From positions 36,022,001 to 36,086,000 of the forward strand of contig OY740806.1 in assembly GCA_963514005.1 (NCBI GenBank): DNA of 64,000 bases. Reading direction: 5' to 3'. The DNA is from Raja brachyura. Taxonomy: Eukaryota. Below are positions 25,994 through 39,260 of this stretch, one piece after another. The notes below the pieces were generated by a model that was given only the letters and a program-made list of their open reading frames with translations, did no database searches and was not told the origin of the DNA. Position numbers and translations under genes: made by a program. The stretch's first letter is position 1. Every line of letters starts with the position of its first letter.

Positions 25994-26669
25994 CTGAAAG
26001 AAAACAGAGAAGATACTAAGGATTTTACACTAAGGGCAGACTGAAATACCTTATGACTGAAGTGAACATTCATATTGGTGAATCTCCTTGCCAAGTCTCC
26101 AAACTTATTGGATGCACAATTGATACACAACTGTGACAACCAGGGAAAATTGCCATTAAGTTACACCAGGCTCATGACAAATTGCCACAGAAGTTTATCC
26201 ATAAAGTGTACAGTGAACAAGTAAAATTAAATATTCTGTGGTCTGAAATGTGCTGACCCAAAATGTCACCAATCCAGATATTGCCTAATCTCTGTACTTG
26301 TCCTGTGACGTGACTCACTGAACATTCAGGGGCTCTCCATCATGCACCTTTGCCCAAAGACTCTATTACTCAACACTATAGTTTACAAATCCCTGTTTCA
26401 TTCGTCAATAGAATTTATCTTGATTAATTTCTTAACTCAAACAACTTTCCCTGCTATAAGATCGACATCTGTTCATGAATATGCATCCACACTGAGTTAT
26501 GTATCTGACACACTATAATCAGGAACAAGAGTCTGATCATTAGACCCATCAGTCGTACACATGCACTCACTCATACATGGACAGGTTCACCTGCAGAGTT
26601 AAACTCAGTCACGAATACAACACTCCCAGACACAATAAGACATGTGTTAAAGACACATCCAAAACCTAC

Positions 26670-26904
26670 CTGTGCCTTGGGTGACTTGAGTTGGTGGATG
26701 TCTTGGTCCTGGAGTGGGGATGTAATAAGGTTGGTATGGAGCATTCCCAGCGCTGGGGTAAGGTGCAGAAGGATATGGTCCAGAGCTGTTGTAAGGAGGT
26801 TGGCCCTGTGGCATGCCGGGGTAGGATGGTGTTGGAGACCATTCCTGGGTCTTTCCGTACGCTGGAGGTTGAATGTGTTCTGGCAAGTAATTGCCATAAA
26901 TGTT
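26670..26904 (-). CDS. TMPRSS13: TMPRSS13-like exon 2, Pro/Tyr-rich cytoplasmic tail
   Basis: ttcattacag|AACATTTAT...GGCACAG|gtaggt; encodes NIYGNYLPEHIQPPAY...QVTQGT; 235 nt, phase 0 to 1. Confidence 0.85.
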
Positions 26905-27909
26905 CTGTAATGAAGAAAGAAAGGACTTCAATATAAAATAATTAATTTCACACCTTTCCTATTGGCACCAATTGCATGGGGTCTGAAGAAGGGTCTCGAC
27001 CCAAAACATCACCTAGTCCTTCGAATATGCTGCCTGACCTGCTGAGTTACTCCAGCACTTTGTGTCTATCTGTGTGTCTAGTGATTTATTTTACCCAAAT
27101 CGAATGGTTGGACACACAGTGTACCACTGTAGACAGTGTTTTGTGCCAACACTGACAAACTGCTCATTATATTTTTGGTGTTGGTGGGAAATGTAAAGTT
27201 GCATTCTGACATTGCCGCTCCAATTACACCTCATGGGCTGTCATGGTTTTGTTTTGGGATGTTGTCAGATTGTGAGAGGTGCCATATAAATGCAGTTATT
27301 GCCTCTTCTGCTCCACCAGCAGGGCATACGAGTTCCTTTGGCATCAGTCAACTTGAGGGTGGTTGTAAATTTGGGCCAAGTTGCAATGGGGGGTTAACGT
27401 CAGGAAGGTCACAGGGAAACAAGTGAGTGCCAGCATTCTTACCTTCAGGGTGGGTGGGGTTTGAACTGATTCCAAGCGTTACAAGGCAGAACAGTAATGA
27501 ATCACAGGTTTCAATGCAATTTAGTCTAAAAACGCCTTTGTGTGCACAGTGTTGACAAATCACAGTAACAGGCGGTTACATTTTATTTGACATGATCACA
27601 GAATCGTTAAATTTCACACAGAACATGGGAAGTTCCAGATTTAGTTCACAGCTTGAAATCAATTAACTTAAAGCTAACAAGACTACAATAGGTGTTGGAA
27701 AAACTTAAAAGAAAATCAGCATCTCTTCTGGCATGTTCTGCTTGGTATGTTTTTTGGTAACCTCACTGACAGCCTCTAGACTGGCATTGTCACACCTGCC
27801 CTTGTTTGAGATGGACTCAGTCACACCCATTGGTCCCAGGCTCATGCTGACTGGTGCTCGACAGATACATATACTTTCCAGGTTGTTCGTTCACACTGTG
27901 GAACTGGAA

Positions 27910-28315
27910 CGGGCAGCAATGGTGGTGCAGCAGGTAGTGCTGCTGCCTTGCTCCTGATCACCAGTGCTGATTGGGTGTTTATATGTTGCATGGGCTTCAA
28001 CGCACCTCCCACATCCCAATAATGTGCTGGCTGGCAGACTGACTGACGAGTGCAAACCGCCCGTGTTGTGGGTGGGGGGGAAGGAGAATCCTCTCCAGAC
28101 TCTACCCCTCACCCCTACACTCAATGCAATTTACAGTGGCCACTTAACTGATCAACCTGCGCATCTTTGGGACATGAAAGGAAACCAAGCATCTACACAG
28201 AGGCCACAGAGAGAGTCAGAGGGAGAATGAGCAAACTCCACAGAGACACTACCATTGGCCAGAACTGAACCCAGATCTCTGGTGCTGAGAGACTACTGGA
28301 TGTGCCACGTTGATG
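27910..28315. mobile_element. Two diverged V-SINE copies in opposite orientation
   Basis: Plus copy ~27910-28080 (tggtgcagcaggtag A-box-like) and minus copy ~28090-28315. Confidence 0.55.
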
Positions 28316-28907
28316 CCCAAATCACACAAGGCTTTGATGTGGTTGTTGAAAATGCAACAAAAGGTTCAATTCTCTCTGTAGATGCCCATCTTATCTCTCT
28401 CTACCACAGCTTTTAATTAACAGCGGCACTTTGCTTTTGAATAGCGTGCTTCCCCACTTGTGAGGAAGAGCAACTTTAGAGAATTCATAAAGATTTTCGT
28501 TACTTATCGGTTAGAATATTAAATCTGTTACTGGGGTAATACTTGATAAAAATATCTAGATGAAGAGATGGAATGAAAATGTATTTATTTGATGAAATAG
28601 CTGCTGTAAATATTGCAACAAGACATGTTGAAAATATGCAAACAATAAAAAGAAAAAGAATATCATGGAGAGGTGGATGGTAAGGTAAATCTTCCCATCC
28701 TCAGTTCAGATGCCGGAGGCTAGCTGCCTGATTTAATTAACACATTTTACAATGTGAAACTCATTCAATATTGGGAATTTGGTTTTCAAATGAGAGGCCA
28801 CGCCACATCAATCTGTTTGATGCCAAGACTATGCCAGTTTCCACCAGATACAGTAATAATGACTATTTTGGCAGTAATGCCGACAAACCTATTTACGCTT
28901 CACAAGT

Positions 28908-29117
28908 TTATAAATGATAGGAGCACAATTAGGCCTTTCGGCCCATGAAGTCTACTCCGCCATTCAATCGTGGCTGGTCTATCTCTCCCTCCTAACCCCA
29001 TTCTCCTGCCTTCTCCCCATAACCCCTGACACCCGTACTAATCAAGAATCTGTCAATCTCCGCCTTAAAAATATCCATTGACTTGGCCTCCATTGGTGTC
29101 TGTGGCAATGAGTTCCA
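28908..29117 (-). mobile_element. CR1 3' end
   Basis: RVVNMWNSLPQ...GVRGYGEKAGEWG. Confidence 0.85.
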
Positions 29118-29649
29118 CATGTTCACCACCCTCTGGATCGATGGACCGCCACAGTCCTCATTAGAAGCACGGATCAATATAATTGACATGCATTTCAGCA
29201 AAAATCACTTCAAACTCTCATGCTCTTCTGCACAAGGTCCAATTGAAAATTTAAATGGAAAAATACAAAAAATGTTTAATTATATAACTCATTTCAAACT
29301 CTCCGTAGATCTTTACGCAAAATCCTTTGGCATCAATTTGAAGAACGGTACAAAGGTTCTCCCAGAGTCTTGGTCAATAGTTATTTTGTGGCTAATACCT
29401 ACATTAGAAGACCTAGTCTTCATCACACTGCTATCTGTGGGAGCTTGTGTACAAAACTCTTGCAGAAGAAAAGTGAAATACCCAAGATATATAGTCATAT
29501 AAGGGATGTTAACCTGGAGTAGGAATGTTCAATATATTAGCTAATGTGTCTAATTGACAATCTGAATGCAATTAAATTCATTTATATTGATAAATATATG
29601 ATTCCTTTCACTAGTAAAGGTAAATAATAATGTACAAAACTTGCGTTTT

Positions 29650-29830
29650 TCGTTTTAGTTTAGAGATGCAGCATGGAAACAGGTCCTTCGGTCCACCAAG
29701 TCTGCGCCGACCAACGATCCCCTATACACCACTTCTGTCACACACTCAGGCAATTTACAGAGGCCACTTAACCTTCACACCTGACTATCTTTGGAATATG
29801 GGAGGAAACCGGAGCACCCGGAAAAAATTC
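29650..29830 (-). mobile_element. V-SINE 3' half
   Basis: Homologous to 21081-21250. Confidence 0.72.
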
Positions 29831-30028
29831 ATGTATCGCAGATAAACACTGTCACTTCTCTTTGTTCCTTTCTTATCTCCTGACATGGGGATCAGCACAG
29901 CCTGACCCTCCCTGTCATCTCTTCCTTCTCTGCATCTTGCAACGCCTACCATCTTTCATAAATGTTCTTTTGTTTATGTTCTCATTCTCTAACTGTTTGC
30001 ATTGACTCATTCACCAAATAGTCTTGTT

Positions 30029-30270
30029 TATAGAGTTACACAAAAAGCTGGAGAAACTCAGCGGGTGCAGCAGCATCTAAGGAGCGAAGGAGATAGGCGA
30101 CGTTTCGGGTTGAGACCCTTCTTCAGACTGGGACTTAGCAGACTGAAGAAGGGTCTCGACCTGAAACGTCGCCTATCTCCTTCGCTCCTTAGATGCTGCT
30201 GCACCCGCTGAGTTTCTCCAGCTTTTTGTGTAACCCTCGATTCTCCAGCATCTGCAGTTCCTTCTTTAAC
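30029..30270. mobile_element. Fold-back Penelope-derived short element, in intron 1
   Basis: ~96-bp inverted arms (30035-30130 and 30139-30234), near-identical to the Penelope end at 60353-60485; 9-bp TSD agtcttgtt at 30020-30028 and 30271-30279. Confidence 0.9.
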
Positions 30271-33200
30271 AGTCTTGTTCACAGTTTGTCCCAAATGGAC
30301 ACCTGTGTTTTACCCGATCAGATGCTGTCCTGTCCACCACCCTCCCTGCTGTTTAATGGGCTTCTTTTGTCTCTGTTCTGCCAAATAATCTACAACCAAT
30401 ATGTTCCCCATTTCAAATCCACAGATGTGGACTGACCTGATGAGTATTTCAAATTGTTTTCTCAAAGTTTTCCAGCATCTGCAGTTTTATTTGTTTTTCA
30501 AGAGATAAATAGACCTGCTCCTTCAGTCAACATCAATATTTCTTGTTCCAAGGTTCATGTTTAATTGCTCAGTAGCAATAAAGCTTAAGTAGAAGATGTG
30601 ATGTGCTTTCAGATCATGGTGGGCTTTGTCAGTTTGTTAGTTCATGTATAAAGTTTCGAGAAACTGCTGCTGTAAGTAGCTACACCCAACTCTTGACATT
30701 TGAAACTGCCAAATGTTTCACAACTCAAAAGGTATTGCTGAACCTGTAACTGTCAACTACAGCTCACATTTGCACTTTCAATGCAGCTACACACAAACCA
30801 TCGGCTCACCTTGGAAAGGAGAGGGTATGCCTCCCATTTGGTATAATTAAAAGTGAGATATATCAGCAACATATACAAAGAGGTTGCTCTAAAGTCACCA
30901 AGTATCTAAGGATAGATCTCCAGACTAGAACAAACATCATGAAACTACAAAACAATGGCTGAGATCGATAAACAAGTAATGTTGAATTGAAAGTCTATAT
31001 TTATGTTGGTGAAAAATCTCCGTGCATTCCATCGGGCTCTACATTGATCAGTGAAGTGAACAGCAATCGTGAGGAATGTGGAGGCAATACAAATGGGAAG
31101 GATGTAATCCAACTTTTGGAATTTGCCCAATCATATTAGAGGTAACCCTCTAATTCTCCATTTAACAAATTCTGCTGCATTCTTTGTTTGTGTGCATCTT
31201 TACAGTACATGGGAGAGAACGGCAAGGAAGCCTCCAAAGTGCCAAAATGTCTCAAGGTGATTCATTAGTATTTTCAGCCAAAACATGGCACTGAAATTCA
31301 TGGAGAATTATTAGGACAGTTGACTAAATGCAGGGTTAAAGAAGTGTTTTAAAGCATTGTTCCAATATCTCTTTATGTGGTTTAATGTTCGATGTTTTGT
31401 TTAAAACTCAGACATTAAAGCACCTTACAAGGGTTTAATGCTGCTGGAGTATTACATAAGTACGTTGCTGTTTAACAATGAACTTAAGGAATGGACTTTG
31501 GAAGAGGCGAGGAAAGTTTTTAAACATTGATCCCTCCAGGACATTGGCAGGACCTTCGTAAAAAAGAACACAAAACTCCAAATGTTTTCAACCACAATTT
31601 AAACCAACTTTCCACTTTCTCATAATTTCTATTGTTCCCGAATCAACCATTTTATCAGTATCACATCTGCAATATTCAGCTTGCCTTACGATTTTGATTA
31701 TAGATGACTGTTTTAACTAAAGGAATGCCACATCCCAATGATCTATTTAACCTGAGCCAATCGATGTAACCACTGGGGATCCGTTGGATTACAAGAGAAG
31801 CTTAGTCTTTCAGGAGGAGCTGGCCTACCTGAAGGGGAATAGATGAGGTGAATTTGTGAGATTAACACCCTGTAATGACATGTCCACACTTATTTATGAG
31901 GGGAGAATTTAAAAAAATCACAGCAATATCAGTTATTGCTGTTTGGGGTAGTGGATTAAAATGATCACTTGTCGATCAGTTGCTACAAGGCAGTTGATCC
32001 TGGGCCTCTCAAAATGAGAGTGTGAAAGAGTAAGAACACATAACAAATAGAAGATTGCAGAGGCCATTCACTGAGATCATGGTTGCTCCTTCATGCATTA
32101 AATACTCTAGTGCATGGGACATACCCTGCCTTTGGAAGCAGATTATAACAAGCGTACCCTCCATAATGTGTATAGGAGACTTTCTACAATGACCTTTAAT
32201 GTTCACATTACGTATGAGGAAAGAACATTTCTTTAACACAAGATCAACCATTGGTGTTGGAGGCAGTGGAAGAAGCTGGCCGCTGTCAACCAGTTACTGC
32301 AAGGCAGCTGGTCCGTGGCCTCGCAGAATGATAGTGTTAGAACGAGAGCCAGAGGGGGCTATTCAATAAGATCATGGTTGATACTTCATTTGTCCGTTTC
32401 CCACTGCCCAAAAAACTATCAATCTCAACCCTCAACATATCCAGTGACTGAGAAGCATTGACATCAAGAACTGAAACAATGCAAAGAGTTACAATGCTCT
32501 GCTGAAATATGTCCAAAGACTGCACCCATTTTACAAGGGCAGGTCCCAAGATGACTCACATTCTGCCTCCAAACAGCCTCTCCACTGTCTGCAAAGCATG
32601 ATTCAGCTTGCATTGTCTAGGCAGGGACATGCACACGATAGAGTGGGAGTGTGTGCTGGGCGGTGTGTGGGGTCAGGGCTGCAAGCCCTGCAGTAATCAC
32701 AATTGTAGCATGAGTTCATGGGCACAGGCACAAACATACCCCCATAACGCTAACACACACACACACACCTCCTGAAAAACAACCCACCTTATTCATATTC
32801 TCACCAAGATGAACACATTTCCATCAAGATTCAATAAGCTCAACATTATCAAGGATAATCCAGCACACTCAAGCATCACCCAATATTCCACTGAACACAG
32901 GCACTTCTTGCCACTCGATTCTCCAATGGAAATTATGGCCAAGCGGAAATTGCTAGGTTTTGCCAGTGATGCCACGTCCCGCAACTCAATGCAACCTGTT
33001 CCTGTGCTTTGTACTCCGATCTTGTCCCGTGAATATTCTTTCCAGTACATACTCCATTACATGTAAAAATGCTATTGCATGATTCTCCCCTGATCATAGA
33101 TGTTTTCAGCGTTAAAACCTCAGCACACAAGCTGTCCATGCCCCAAGTTGTGCAAGGACTCCAGTGCACAGGTTTTAGACCAAACACATATATCCTGTTG

Positions 33201-34125
33201 ACACATGAGACCTTGTCTGTGAATTCCATCTGGAACGGACCTTGTCTCAGGTCTGAACACTTTCCTCGGTCTAGCGGCAACTATAAGAAGCAGAAAATGA
33301 CCAATCAGCTCCACCATTGTGTTCGCTCATCAATCTCTTACCTCAGCCTCAATCTCCTGCACTACCCCCATACGCTTTGATTTTCTTAACATTGAAAAAG
33401 TCACCAATTATTGTCTTGAATGTACTGAGGAGCTGATACTCTAAAGCCACTTGCTTAGAGAATTCCAAAGGTGCCACCCTGTCCTGAATGACTTGAGTGT
33501 GTGATACCTTGATCCATACATTCAGCCATATAGACATTCTCTGGTATCCAAGTACTGTCTTGTGTATCAATACCCTTCACATTGACCCAAACCCCTTCCA
33601 TGTTGATCCTACCTGTGCATTTACCTTAATTACCTTCATATTGACGCTAACCCTCTCCACATTGATCTGAACTCCTGCACAAACACTGCTGCAATCCTAT
33701 ACACACATTCTGTGCACACTAACCAAACTCAATGTAAAGATTTTCCTGAGAATTGACACTTTCCTGTGCACATCTTTATCAGACTCTGCCTTTAGTCATT
33801 GTTCTGCAGGCGTTCAAATAAAGAATCTAATCTAATCTAATTCGCTATTCCGATAGAAACCACCACGTCCTAAGCACACATCCTGTATCAGTCCTGTACG
33901 TCCAAACCTACCCAATGACACCAAACAGGAGCAGTAGTTACCATCAGCGACCAACAACAAAATGACAATTTCTGTTCATAAATGGACATTCATTAATGAA
34001 TATCCATTTTCAGAAACTGCACGTATAACACTGGGGGAAGCATGAATTTCCCCAATTGTTCTATAGAGAGGAATCAGCAATCCAGACTTGAGAATGAATC
34101 AACCATATATAGTATAAATAACTAC

Positions 34126-34140
34126 CTTAGAGGAAGACAT
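34126..34140 (-). CDS. TMPRSS13: TMPRSS13-like coding exon 1 (MSSSK)
   Basis: ATG TCT TCC TCT AAG|gtagtt. The phase 0 donor matches the phase 0 acceptor of exon 2, and a TATA box lies ~75 nt upstream. Confidence 0.65.
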
Positions 34141-34212
34141 TGCTGGAGTTTTGAAGCGTAGAGTTTCTGCCAAAGTCCTGATGTCTGAAGTACCGCACTA
34201 CACTTGCAGTGC

Positions 34213-34218
34213 TTTATA
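34213..34218 (-). promoter_or_regulatory. TATA box of the TMPRSS13-like gene
   Basis: TATAAA on the minus strand ~75 nt upstream of the predicted ATG. Confidence 0.5.
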
Positions 34219-35316
34219 GAAGGCTGTAGGATGAACTGAATGTCAGAGAAACTCCACAGACTGTGTGAGCATACCGACTGTTGTCATCGACTTTATTAAA
34301 TAAAACTTGACGAACCAGTTTGACGTGAAGAGCTTGCCCCTGTGTTTTACGTACATTACCACGCCCAGGTGCATGGAGTTTGATTTGTGCGTTGAATATT
34401 TAACAGCTGCCAATAGAAATGACTTACACTTGTACAGCAACGTAATGCAGTAAATTATCTAGACAAGAATTCACTGCAGCATAAACAGTCCAAATTTGAT
34501 ATTAAGATATATAAAGGAGATTAGAACACTTTTAGAGCTTTTAAGAAGCACCTTAACGGAGGAGAAGGAGAGAGATGTACAATTTTAGAAAATAAATTAC
34601 AGAACTTAGTGTCTAAGCAGCAAAAAATGCATCATCATCAATAATGAAGTGAAACAACACAGATAGATGTAAAGAGCAGAAGTGCAGACATGTGGAGGAC
34701 CAAATAAATCTTATGGCTGCATGAAGTTTTTTTTTCACAGTCCATTAGGATTGAGAATGTGCAGGAAGGAACTGCAGATGCTGATTTAAACCGAAGATAG
34801 ACACAAAAAAGTGGAGTAACACAGCAGGTCAGAGAGCATCTCTGGGAAAAGGAATAGATGACCTTTCCGGGGTGACACCCTTCTTTAGATGAACAAATGC
34901 AGTAAATGATCTCAATCTCTAGGATTGAGAATGTCTCTGGTTTTGTGGTGATGCACTCCTGCCATTTACGCAAAGCTTTGATACTCCTAACAAATGGACT
35001 GGAAGTTCTCAATCCATCCCAAACTCTCCTTCTCCAAACTGAGCAGCCTTGGGCCCGGAGATGCAGGAATCAGGGAAGGTGCACATTTCCAGAAGGCTTT
35101 GAATACATCCTTGAATTGTTTCATCATCCAGCCAGTAATCTTGGCCAAGACAGTGCTTGGAATAAGATCTGGTTTGGGGGAGTGTAGGGCACAAACTATG
35201 CCATTTGTCCATCATAATCGACTGACTGCGCTTAGGGCTTCAGTGGTTGGAATGTTGACTGGGGAAAGGATACTTTAGTTCCCTTCACTCACTTCAATTT
35301 TCAGACAACTCTCACA

Positions 35317-35710
35317 ATAGACAATAGACACCAGGTGCAGGAGTAGGCCATTCGGCCCTTCGAGTCAGCACCACCATTCAATGTGATCGTGGCTGATCAT
35401 CCACAATCAGTACCCCATTCCTGCCTTCTCTCCATTATCCCTAAGAGCTCTATCTAACTCTCTCTTGGAAGCATCCAGAGAACCAGCCTCCACCGCGCTC
35501 TGAGACAGAGAATTCCACACACTCACAACTCTCTGTATGAAAAAGTTTTTCCTCATCTCCGTTCTAAATGGCTTACCACTTATTCTTAAATTATGGCCCC
35601 TGTTTCTGGATTCCCCCAACATCGGGAACATGTTTCCAGCCTCTATCGTGTCCAAACCCTTAATAATCTTATATGTTTCAATAAGATCCCCTCTCATCCT
35701 TATAAATTCC
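35317..35710 (-). mobile_element. CR1 3' fragment
   Basis: MRGDLIETYKIIKGLD...; (CTATTGT)n tail. Confidence 0.9.
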
Positions 35711-35844
35711 TCTCACTCTGAACTAATTGCATATGCCCAACATCAGCTGAAGAAATAGAAACTTATCTCTTGTTTGCGTCCATGGCAGTCATCAGAACCT
35801 AATATCAAATTTAACAATTTCAAGCAATCCCCTTTTTTCCACTG

Positions 35845-35970
35845 TGTTAAAGAAGGAACTGCAGATGCTGGAGAATCGAGGGTTACACAAAAAGCTGGAG
35901 AAACTCAGCGGGTGCAGCAGCATCTAAGGAGCGAAGGAGATACGCGACGTTTCGAGTCGAGACCCTTCTT
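35845..35970 (-). mobile_element. Penelope terminal-repeat fragment, same subfamily as the 60353 and 30035 copies
   Basis: Near-identical to 60353-60478. Confidence 0.85.
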
Positions 35971-36051
35971 CCCTTTTTTCCTTTCTCTTTCTATGGATAA
36001 GGCTGTACGCTTCTGTTTCAATTTCCTTTTAAGCCCATACCTGTTGTTTTC

Positions 36052-36355
36052 ATAAGTTCATAAGTTCTAGGAGCAGAATTAGGCCATTCGGCCCATCAAT
36101 TCTACTCCACAAATCATGGCTGATCTATCTCGCCCTCCTATCCCCAGTCTCCTGCCTTCTCCCCATATCCCATGACACCCTTCATAATCAAGAATCTGTC
36201 AATCTCCCCTTAAAAATACCCAATGACTGCCTCCACAACATCTGCGGCAATTAATTCCACAGATTCAACATCCTCTGACTAAAGAAATTCATCCTCAGCT
36301 CCTTTCTAAAGATATGTCCATTATTCTCAGGCTATGACCTCTGCTCCTAGACTTT
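36052..36355 (-). mobile_element. CR1 3' fragment
   Basis: Homologous to 28908-29117. Confidence 0.8.
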
Positions 36356-36679
36356 TTCAGTAATTGTTATCTTGTCAGCTTTGATTTATTTCCAGTCCTT
36401 GCCATTTGCTCTTCCTTCTTCCCACTCTCTCTCGGCAACTCAACAGGTGCTTATTTCTCCCTATTTTATTTACAGTTCTACAGAAGGGTTCTTGCCCCCA
36501 AAGCACCAGCCTGTTTCATCTCCCTGCACGATATACTTCATGCCTCCAATGTTGTCTGTTTTTGTAGGGATAAGGAACTACTGATGTGGGTTTACAAAAG
36601 AAGATACAAACAGCATCTCTGGAGAACACAGTAGGGGTGTTTCAGGTTGAGACCTTTCTTCAGACTGATCCAAAACTTT

Positions 36680-37574
36680 CCCGCTCACTCCCACTAAACC
36701 CGCATTTCCTTTCAATCTTGCCTCAACTATATTGTGCTGAAGCCCACGTTGGTGACAGGACGGGCCCTGGTTGTTTACGTTGCACATCACCTCGACAATG
36801 CTGAATAAATTGATGTTTTGGTTTGTTATCAGTAACTTGACAGTCTGGGATTGAGAGACTGTGGACTTGGAGCACCAGGTGGGCTACTTGCTCCACAGGT
36901 ATTCTGAGAGAGATTCACAGCTTTCATCCAGGTTAGCAGCTGCGCGGCCACAGGCTGGAGGGTGGTTGGATTCGGTGGGAACCAGGGAATGATGACGGAA
37001 AGGTAATGAGTGAGTTTAGTGGGTTAGCTGGAAGAGCAGGAGGCTTTTGATGCTCGCTGTCTATTTATGAGCTATAACCTGCCACATTGCCGAGTGCAGC
37101 ACCTACAGGATACAGCACAGCTCCCACTGACCGATCCATGAACACTGTCATCATCTGCTCTGGCTCCTTGCCGAACCCAGCACAATACTAAAGGAATTCC
37201 ATGCAGAGACGGAGTACGGGATCTGCCTTAAGCCTGAATGGAAAGGAGGGCAATGGTGGGGTGAGCAGGGGGTTGCTGGGCATGTGATGGATGTGGACAG
37301 GCGGCGTGGGCAGTAGATTTCTACACAAAGTAAACAATAATAAATGTGAAGTGTTGATGGATTGGGAGGAAATGTAGATCACACGAGTGGCACACATAAC
37401 TGTGAAATAGGGCAGTGACAGTCACGTTTTAGAGGAATTGGTTTACAGAGAATTGTAAACACGAGTAAGTAAGATTACTGCATCGTCTAGAGGCGATAAA
37501 CTCACAAATGTGGGCTTTAGCAGAAAATTGTTGAAGCAGCCAGTCTTGTGGAACCAGTCTTGTTGATGGGAGAG
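36680..37574 (+). repeat. 895-bp direct duplication, copy 1 (copy 2 at 41318-42212)
   Basis: Colinear match with only a handful of substitutions seen by eye. Confidence 0.92.
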
Positions 37575-37861
37575 GTTTTTTTGTTTTTTTGGTATCAAAA
37601 ATAATTGATTTAATTACGAACACAATACAAAACCCCCAAACCATGGTGACGTACCCACCACTATATTACAAAATCACCAACTTATTCCAACACTAAATTC
37701 CAAACAACTATGTTACAAATATACTAAATAACTACTATACAACGATGTTCCTCTCTAACACCACCCGGGCGCGGACATAACCTCGGTAAAGGGGCAAACA
37801 TCTAGCTCGGACAAAGCCCTCTTCTGCCTGGCGCCGTGACTAGTGGATGGCCAGCTTGGCC
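37575..37861 (-). mobile_element. Tx1/L1-clade LINE 3' end with A-rich tail
   Basis: AKLAIH*SRRQ...LPLYRGYVRARVVLER; flanked by gatgggagag / gatgcgagag; the empty site is at ~42212. Confidence 0.7.
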
Positions 37862-38009
37862 GATGCGAGAGTGTTGGATGGAAGTGTAGCTCAAGGACCA
37901 GTGAGTGGGTCAGGAGCATTTTGTTCTACATTATGGCCCAGGATATCGTGCTGCCAGAACCGCTCACTACCACTAAACCTGCAAAAGGCGTGAAGAGCAG
38001 ATTTCCACA

Positions 38010-39260
38010 ATACGATAAAACTTTATTTATCCCAGGAGGGAAATTGGTCTGCCGTTATAAACCTCAACAAGATACATGAAACATGAAACTAAAGTGACGT
38101 GTGGAAAGTCCAGGATTGGGGATAGGCAAAGATTGGGGAGGGGAGGGTGGGGGGGAAGGTGAGTCAGTCTACCCCATGACAGAAGGGGGAGGAGTTGTAG
38201 AGTTTGATAGCCACAGGGAAGAAGGATCTCCTGTTGCGTTCTGTGCTGCATCTTGGTGGAACCAGTCTGTTGCTGAAGGTGGTCCTCAGGTTGACCAGTG
38301 GGTCATGGAAGAGGTGAGCTGTATTGTCCAGGATGCCCCACAGTTTGACGAGCATCCTCCCCTCCAAGACTACCTCCAGTGAATCCAACTCCACCCCCAG
38401 GATGGAGACAGCCTTCCTGATGAGCTTGTTGGTTCTGTTGGCATCCATGGCCTTCACTCTGCTGCCCCAGCACGAGACAATGTAGAAGATGGCACTGGTC
38501 ACCATCGATTGGTAGAACATCTGCAAAATCCTACTCCAGATGTTGATACAGTGGAGCCTTCTCCAAAAGTACAGACGGCTCTGTCTCTTCTTATAAAGTG
38601 CCTCAGCGTTCCTGGACCAGTCCAGTTTACTGTCCAGCTAAAGTCCAAGGTACTCCTTGGTAAACTGCACATCCACACCCATGATGGAGACAGGGGACAT
38701 GGGGCTTTCCTCTCCAGCACCAACTCCTTAGTCTTGTCAGCGTTGAGCTGCAGGTAATTCAGCCCACACCACTCAAAAAAGTCGTTGAGTACACCTCTGC
38801 TTTCAGCTTCCCTCCCCTCACTGATGCAGCCCACAATTGCAGATTCATCCAAAAACATCTGTAGGTGGCAGGATTCTGAGTTCTATCTGAAATCTGAGGT
38901 GTAGATGGTGAACAGGATGGGAGAGAGGACCATCCCCTGTGGGGCCCCCGTGTTGCTCACTACCGTGACCGAGACACAGTTCTGTAGCCTGGCATATTGT
39001 GGTCATCCAGTCAGGTAGTTGGTGATCCAGGACACCAGTGGAGCATCGATCCACATCTTCATCAGTTTGCACCCCAGCAGTGCAGGCCGGATGGTGTTAA
39101 AAACACTGGAGAAGTGAAAAAACATGACTCTCACAATGCTTCCCAGCTTATCCAGGTGAGCACAGGAACAATGGAGCAGGTGGATGATGGCATCCTCCAC
39201 CCCACCTTTGTTTGTTAAACAAACTGCAGGGGGTCCAGGTAGGGTCTAAACAGGGGTCAC
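38010..39260 (-). mobile_element. Rex/Babar-like LINE, 5'-truncated, degenerate RT
   Basis: EDAIIHLLH...FSSVFNTIRP; GAPQGMVLSPILFTIYTSDF; RRSFFPVAIKLYN. Confidence 0.88.

Larger units (their letters stand above)
16282..34140 (-). other. TMPRSS13: TMPRSS13-like gene span (13 coding exons, 496 aa): cytoplasmic tail, TM, LDLRA, SRCR, trypsin-like protease
   Basis: Coding exon lengths 15+235+105+111+130+99+44+166+179+99+143+153+12 = 1491 nt, all GT-AG with consistent phases. The motifs SDELGCVRF, KTCQQLGF and YLAGVTSWG and a 4-Cys LDLRA-like module favour TMPRSS13 over TMPRSS2/3/4 (recalled similarity, no search). Confidence 0.85.

Noticed and set aside
32793-33380. Cluster of overlapping 85-115 aa ORFs in intron 1
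   Set aside because: No recognisable domain or splice pattern; possibly an ancient repeat remnant, but not supportable.
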